From Candidatus Saelkia tenebricola (GTDB taxonomy: Bacteria > Omnitrophota > Gorgyraeia > Kaelpiales > Kaelpiaceae): a stretch of DNA of 64,000 nt. The stretch covers positions 119,344 through 183,343 of the forward strand of contig JAVCDA010000010.1 in NCBI GenBank assembly GCA_030765145.1, in the 5' to 3' direction. This document shows, piece after piece, positions 60,457 through 64,000 of the stretch. How positions within the stretch are numbered: position 1 is the stretch's first letter; the number at the start of each line of letters is the position of its first letter. A program made the translations under genes and the position numbers. Below the pieces are notes generated by a model. That model made no database searches. It had not been told where the DNA came from and saw only the letters and a program-made list of their open reading frames with translations.

Positions 60457-63024
60457 ATGAAAGAACAACATACTCCTATGCTTAATCAGTATTTGAAAAT
60501 CAAAAAAGATTTTCCGGATATTATATTGTTTTTCCGACTGGGGGATTTTTATGAGATGTTTTTCGAAGATGCAAAGCTAGCATCTTCAGTCTTACATATT
60601 ACTCTTACCTCACGGGGAAAAATTAAAGGCACCCGTATTCCTATGTGCGGGGTGCCTCATCATGCCGCGGAAAATTATATCAGGCGTCTTTTAAAAGCAG
60701 GATATAAAGTTGCGGTATGTGAGCAGGTTGAAGACCCGAAAACAGTAAAAGGTATTGTCAAAAGAGAAGTTGTAAAAGTTATTACCCCTGGGACTTTGGT
60801 TGCAGAATCTTTGGTCGAAGAAAATAATAATTATATTATAGCAGTTAATGAAGAAAATAATAAATTTGGATTATCATTATGTGATATTTCAACAGGAGAA
60901 TTTAAGACAACAGAGCTGGATTCTAAAGAGGAGCTTTTTTCTGAAATTATGCGCTTAAATCCTTCAGAATATCTTTTGCCTGAAGATAGGCAGGATTTAA
61001 AAAAGTTGGTAGGAGTCAATGCCGTTACAGAATATCCGGATTTTCACTTCATCCTGTCCACAGCAGGAGAGATGGTGTTAAACCATTTTAATGTTGCTAC
61101 ATTATCGGGTTTTGGGTTAGACGGAAGAATCCTGGCGATATCAACTGCCGGAGCATTATTAAAATATCTTCAAGGAACTCAAAAAAAAGCGGTTGAGCAT
61201 ATAAAGAAAATAGAAGTTTATTCGGTCAAAAATTATATGGTGCTAGATTCATTCACCCAACGGAATTTAGAGCTTGTAAAAAATTGTGAAACAGGCACAA
61301 AAGAAGGAGCGTTATTATCTGTTCTTGATAAGACGTATACCTCAATGGGTAAAAGAAGGATTGAGCAATGGGTATTACAGCCTCTGATTGAAAAAGAAAA
61401 AATCTGTAACAGGCACGATGGTGTGAGCTGCTTTTATGAAGACCAAAACAAAAGACATAAAGTCCAGGAGATTTTAAAAGGCATACAGGACTTAGAGAGA
61501 ATTGCCGCTCGAATCGGACTTTCTACAGCAGGGCCAAGAGACTTAATTTCATTAAAAAACTCCTTGGAAAAAGCGAAAGAGTTAAAAGAAAATATTTCCG
61601 GTTTTGACGCTGCAATTATTAGAGATTGTTTCTCCAGGCTTGATCCTTTAAAAGAAATAGTTCGAAAAATATCTGAGGCTATTGTCGAAGAGCCTCCTGT
61701 TGTCATAAATGAAGGTGGAATTATTAAAAAAGGTTATCGGAAAGATTTGGATGAGTTGCAAGAAGTGTTAAAATCCGGTAAAGACTGGATTGCGCAATTG
61801 CAGGAGAAAGAAATACGTCGCACAGGGATCAGCTCTTTAAAAATAGGATATAATAAAGTTTTCGGCTACTATATCGTAATTACCAATTCGAATCTAAAAT
61901 CAGTTCCGCCGGATTATATCAGAAAGCAAACGCTTGTTAATGCTGAGAGATTTATAACCCCTGAGTTAAAAGAATATGAAGAAAAAATTTTGGGAGCCGA
62001 AGAAAAAAGCAAAGAATTGGAAAAAGAGATTTTCATTAACATAAGAGATGACATTAAGCAGTATATTGTTGAAATTCAAGAAAATGCCAGAGCAATGAGC
62101 GTTATCGATATTTTACAGTCGTTTGCTCAGATTGCAGAAGACAATAAATATATACGGCCTAAAATTAACTCAGGCCTCGCTTTAAATATAAAAGACAGCA
62201 GACATCCGGTATTAGAAAAAGTAATCTCAGAAAACACCTTTATTCCTAATGATATTTTTTTAGGCGATGAGAGAATACTGATTATTACAGGTCCTAATAT
62301 GGCAGGCAAGTCTACATATATACGGCAAGTTGCCCTTCTTGTAATTATGTCTCAAATCGGCTGTTTTATTCCTGCAGCATATGCTGAGATAGGAATTGTT
62401 GATAAAGTTTTCACGAGGATAGGCGCGCACGATGCTTTAATATCGGGCATGAGTACTTTTATGGTAGAAATGGTTGAGGTTGCATGGATCCTGAATAATG
62501 CTACTGCAAATAGTTTGATAATTTTGGATGAAGTCGGCCGTGGCACTTCTACATATGATGGGCTTTCTATCGCTTGGTCAGTTGTTGAATTTATTCATAA
62601 GTATATTAAGGCAAAAACTCTTTTTGCGACTCATTATCATGAACTTACCCAGATTGCAAAATATTTTTCAGAAGTAGGTAATCTTAATACAGCTGTCAGG
62701 GAGTATAAGAATGAGGTAGTATTTCTATATAGAATCGAAGCAGGTATTTGCGATAAAAGCTTTGGAATTCATGTTGCCAAACTTGCAGGTGTTCCGAACG
62801 ATGTTATAGAAAGAGCAAAGAAGGTGCTTAAAGATTTGGAGTTTAATAGAAATCACGTGCCCTCTGAAGTTAAAGAATTACAAGCAGAGCTGTTCACAAC
62901 GGCTGTCCATCCTTTGATAGAAGAGCTCAAGATGGTAGATGTAGAAAAAACAACTCCTTTAGAAGCGCTGGATATTCTTAACCGGTTTATTAGGAGATTA
63001 GATTCCGAAGAAAAAAATGACTAA
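60457..63024 (+). CDS. mutS: DNA mismatch repair protein MutS
   Basis: TPM..QY, FRLGDFYE, TGPNMAGKSTY, DEVGRGTST, ATHYHEL. Confidence 0.99.
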   Translation: MKEQHTPMLNQYLKIKKDFPDIILFFRLGDFYEMFFEDAKLASSVLHITLTSRGKIKGTRIPMCGVPHHAAENYIRRLLKAGYKVAVCEQVEDPKTVKGIVKREVVKVITPGTLVAESLVEENNNYIIAVNEENNKFGLSLCDISTGEFKTTELDSKEELFSEIMRLNPSEYLLPEDRQDLKKLVGVNAVTEYPDFHFILSTAGEMVLNHFNVATLSGFGLDGRILAISTAGALLKYLQGTQKKAVEHIKKIEVYSVKNYMVLDSFTQRNLELVKNCETGTKEGALLSVLDKTYTSMGKRRIEQWVLQPLIEKEKICNRHDGVSCFYEDQNKRHKVQEILKGIQDLERIAARIGLSTAGPRDLISLKNSLEKAKELKENISGFDAAIIRDCFSRLDPLKEIVRKISEAIVEEPPVVINEGGIIKKGYRKDLDELQEVLKSGKDWIAQLQEKEIRRTGISSLKIGYNKVFGYYIVITNSNLKSVPPDYIRKQTLVNAERFITPELKEYEEKILGAEEKSKELEKEIFINIRDDIKQYIVEIQENARAMSVIDILQSFAQIAEDNKYIRPKINSGLALNIKDSRHPVLEKVISENTFIPNDIFLGDERILIITGPNMAGKSTYIRQVALLVIMSQIGCFIPAAYAEIGIVDKVFTRIGAHDALISGMSTFMVEMVEVAWILNNATANSLIILDEVGRGTSTYDGLSIAWSVVEFIHKYIKAKTLFATHYHELTQIAKYFSEVGNLNTAVREYKNEVVFLYRIEAGICDKSFGIHVAKLAGVPNDVIERAKKVLKDLEFNRNHVPSEVKELQAELFTTAVHPLIEELKMVDVEKTTPLEALDILNRFIRRLDSEEKND

Positions 63025-64000
63025 GATACGTGTTCTATCAGAAGAGTTAAGAAGCCGGATTGCAGCAGGGGAAGTGGTTGAAAGGCCTGCATCTGTTGTC
63101 AAAGAGTTGGTTGAGAATGCTATTGATGCCTGTGCGGATTGTATTTCTATTGAAATCAAACAAGCAGGCCGGGACTTAATAAGGGTAAATGATAACGGAG
63201 AAGGTATGGATGAAGCAGATTTAAGCCTTGCAATCCAAAGCTATGCAACAAGCAAAATTATCTCGATGGATGATCTATTCAATATTTATACACTTGGATT
63301 CAGAGGGGAAGCACTTTCTTCGATTGCAAGTGTGTCAAATTTTAGAATAATTTCCAAAAATTCTACGGATGAGACGGCATCTTTTATTGATATTGAAGGC
63401 GGAAAGATAAAAAAAGAAGGTAAGATTAATCGTTCATGCGGGACTACAATAGAGGTTAAGAATCTGTTTTTTAATACGTTGCCCCGGCGTAAATTTTTAA
63501 AGCATGACAATACGGAATTTGCACATATTGTTGATGTCGTGACCAAGCTTGCGATATCACATCCTGAGATTGAATTTACTTTGATTCGTGACGAAAAGCG
63601 TGTGTTGGATTTAAAAAAATCCGGTTTTAAAGAAAGAATAGAGGAGTTATTTCCTCAGACAAAAGGTCAGTTGATTTATGCAGAATCCAAAAACAGTCTA
63701 TTTAAATTGCGGGTGTTTTTATCTAAGCCTCAGCTTAATTATCCTCGGCGAATAAAGCAATATTTTTTCATTAACAACCGCTCGGTTGTAAGCCCGCTGG
63801 TTTACCATGCTATTGATGGGGCCTACAGGGGGCTTATTGAAGGACGGAATTATCCGGCAGTTTTTTTGTTCATGGGAATCTCTTCGGCATGTATTGATGT
63901 TAATGTGCATCCAACAAAAAAAGAAATAAGATTTAAAAATGAAAACGAAATCCATGATCTTTTGCGGGGAATATTAAAAGATGAATTACAGGGTGAAGAA
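63017..64000 (+). CDS. mutL: DNA mismatch repair protein MutL (runs off the window end; absent from the ORF track)
   Basis: MTKIRVL…IAAGEVVERPASVVKELVENAIDA, DNGEGM, ATSK, GFRGEALSSI, DVNVHPTK. Confidence 0.98.
   Translation, partial: MTKIRVLSEELRSRIAAGEVVERPASVVKELVENAIDACADCISIEIKQAGRDLIRVNDNGEGMDEADLSLAIQSYATSKIISMDDLFNIYTLGFRGEALSSIASVSNFRIISKNSTDETASFIDIEGGKIKKEGKINRSCGTTIEVKNLFFNTLPRRKFLKHDNTEFAHIVDVVTKLAISHPEIEFTLIRDEKRVLDLKKSGFKERIEELFPQTKGQLIYAESKNSLFKLRVFLSKPQLNYPRRIKQYFFINNRSVVSPLVYHAIDGAYRGLIEGRNYPAVFLFMGISSACIDVNVHPTKKEIRFKNENEIHDLLRGILKDELQGEE

Overview
AT-rich bacterial chromosome segment spanning the replication origin. The organism is diderm and resembles the PVC/Omnitrophota lineages by gene content, which is inference only. 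The centre holds gyrA-gyrB-DUF721(dciA)-dnaN-[oriC]-dnaA on the minus strand, divergent from rpmH-rnpA-yidD-yidC-[parS-like]-parA-parB. The right arm is housekeeping: ndk, yicC, remA, gmk, rpoZ, split coaC/coaB, three tRNAs, thrS-infC-rpmI-rplT, ktrBA, pheST, rarA, mutS and a truncated mutL. The left arm has tRNA-Glu-nagB-glmS-rsmI followed by a ~30 kb envelope/carbohydrate cluster. That cluster encodes secreted carbohydrate-binding-like proteins, a TolC-MFP-RND-RND system with unusual fusions, a sugar-binding lipoprotein, a ROK regulator, a GH144-type beta-1,2-glucanase, glycosyltransferases and a giant Cgs/OpgH-like glucosyltransferase. Top observations: (1) two 7-copy arrays of the 10-mer TGATA(C/T)GGTT embedded mostly in coding DNA on either side of oriC; (2) a variant parS that co-varies with a substituted ParB specificity residue; (3) an RND permease fused to a winged-HTH; (4) a candidate beta-1,2-glucan make/cut/bind/export system with tandem palindromic operator-like sites. 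All calls come from reading motifs by eye; no database searches were run.
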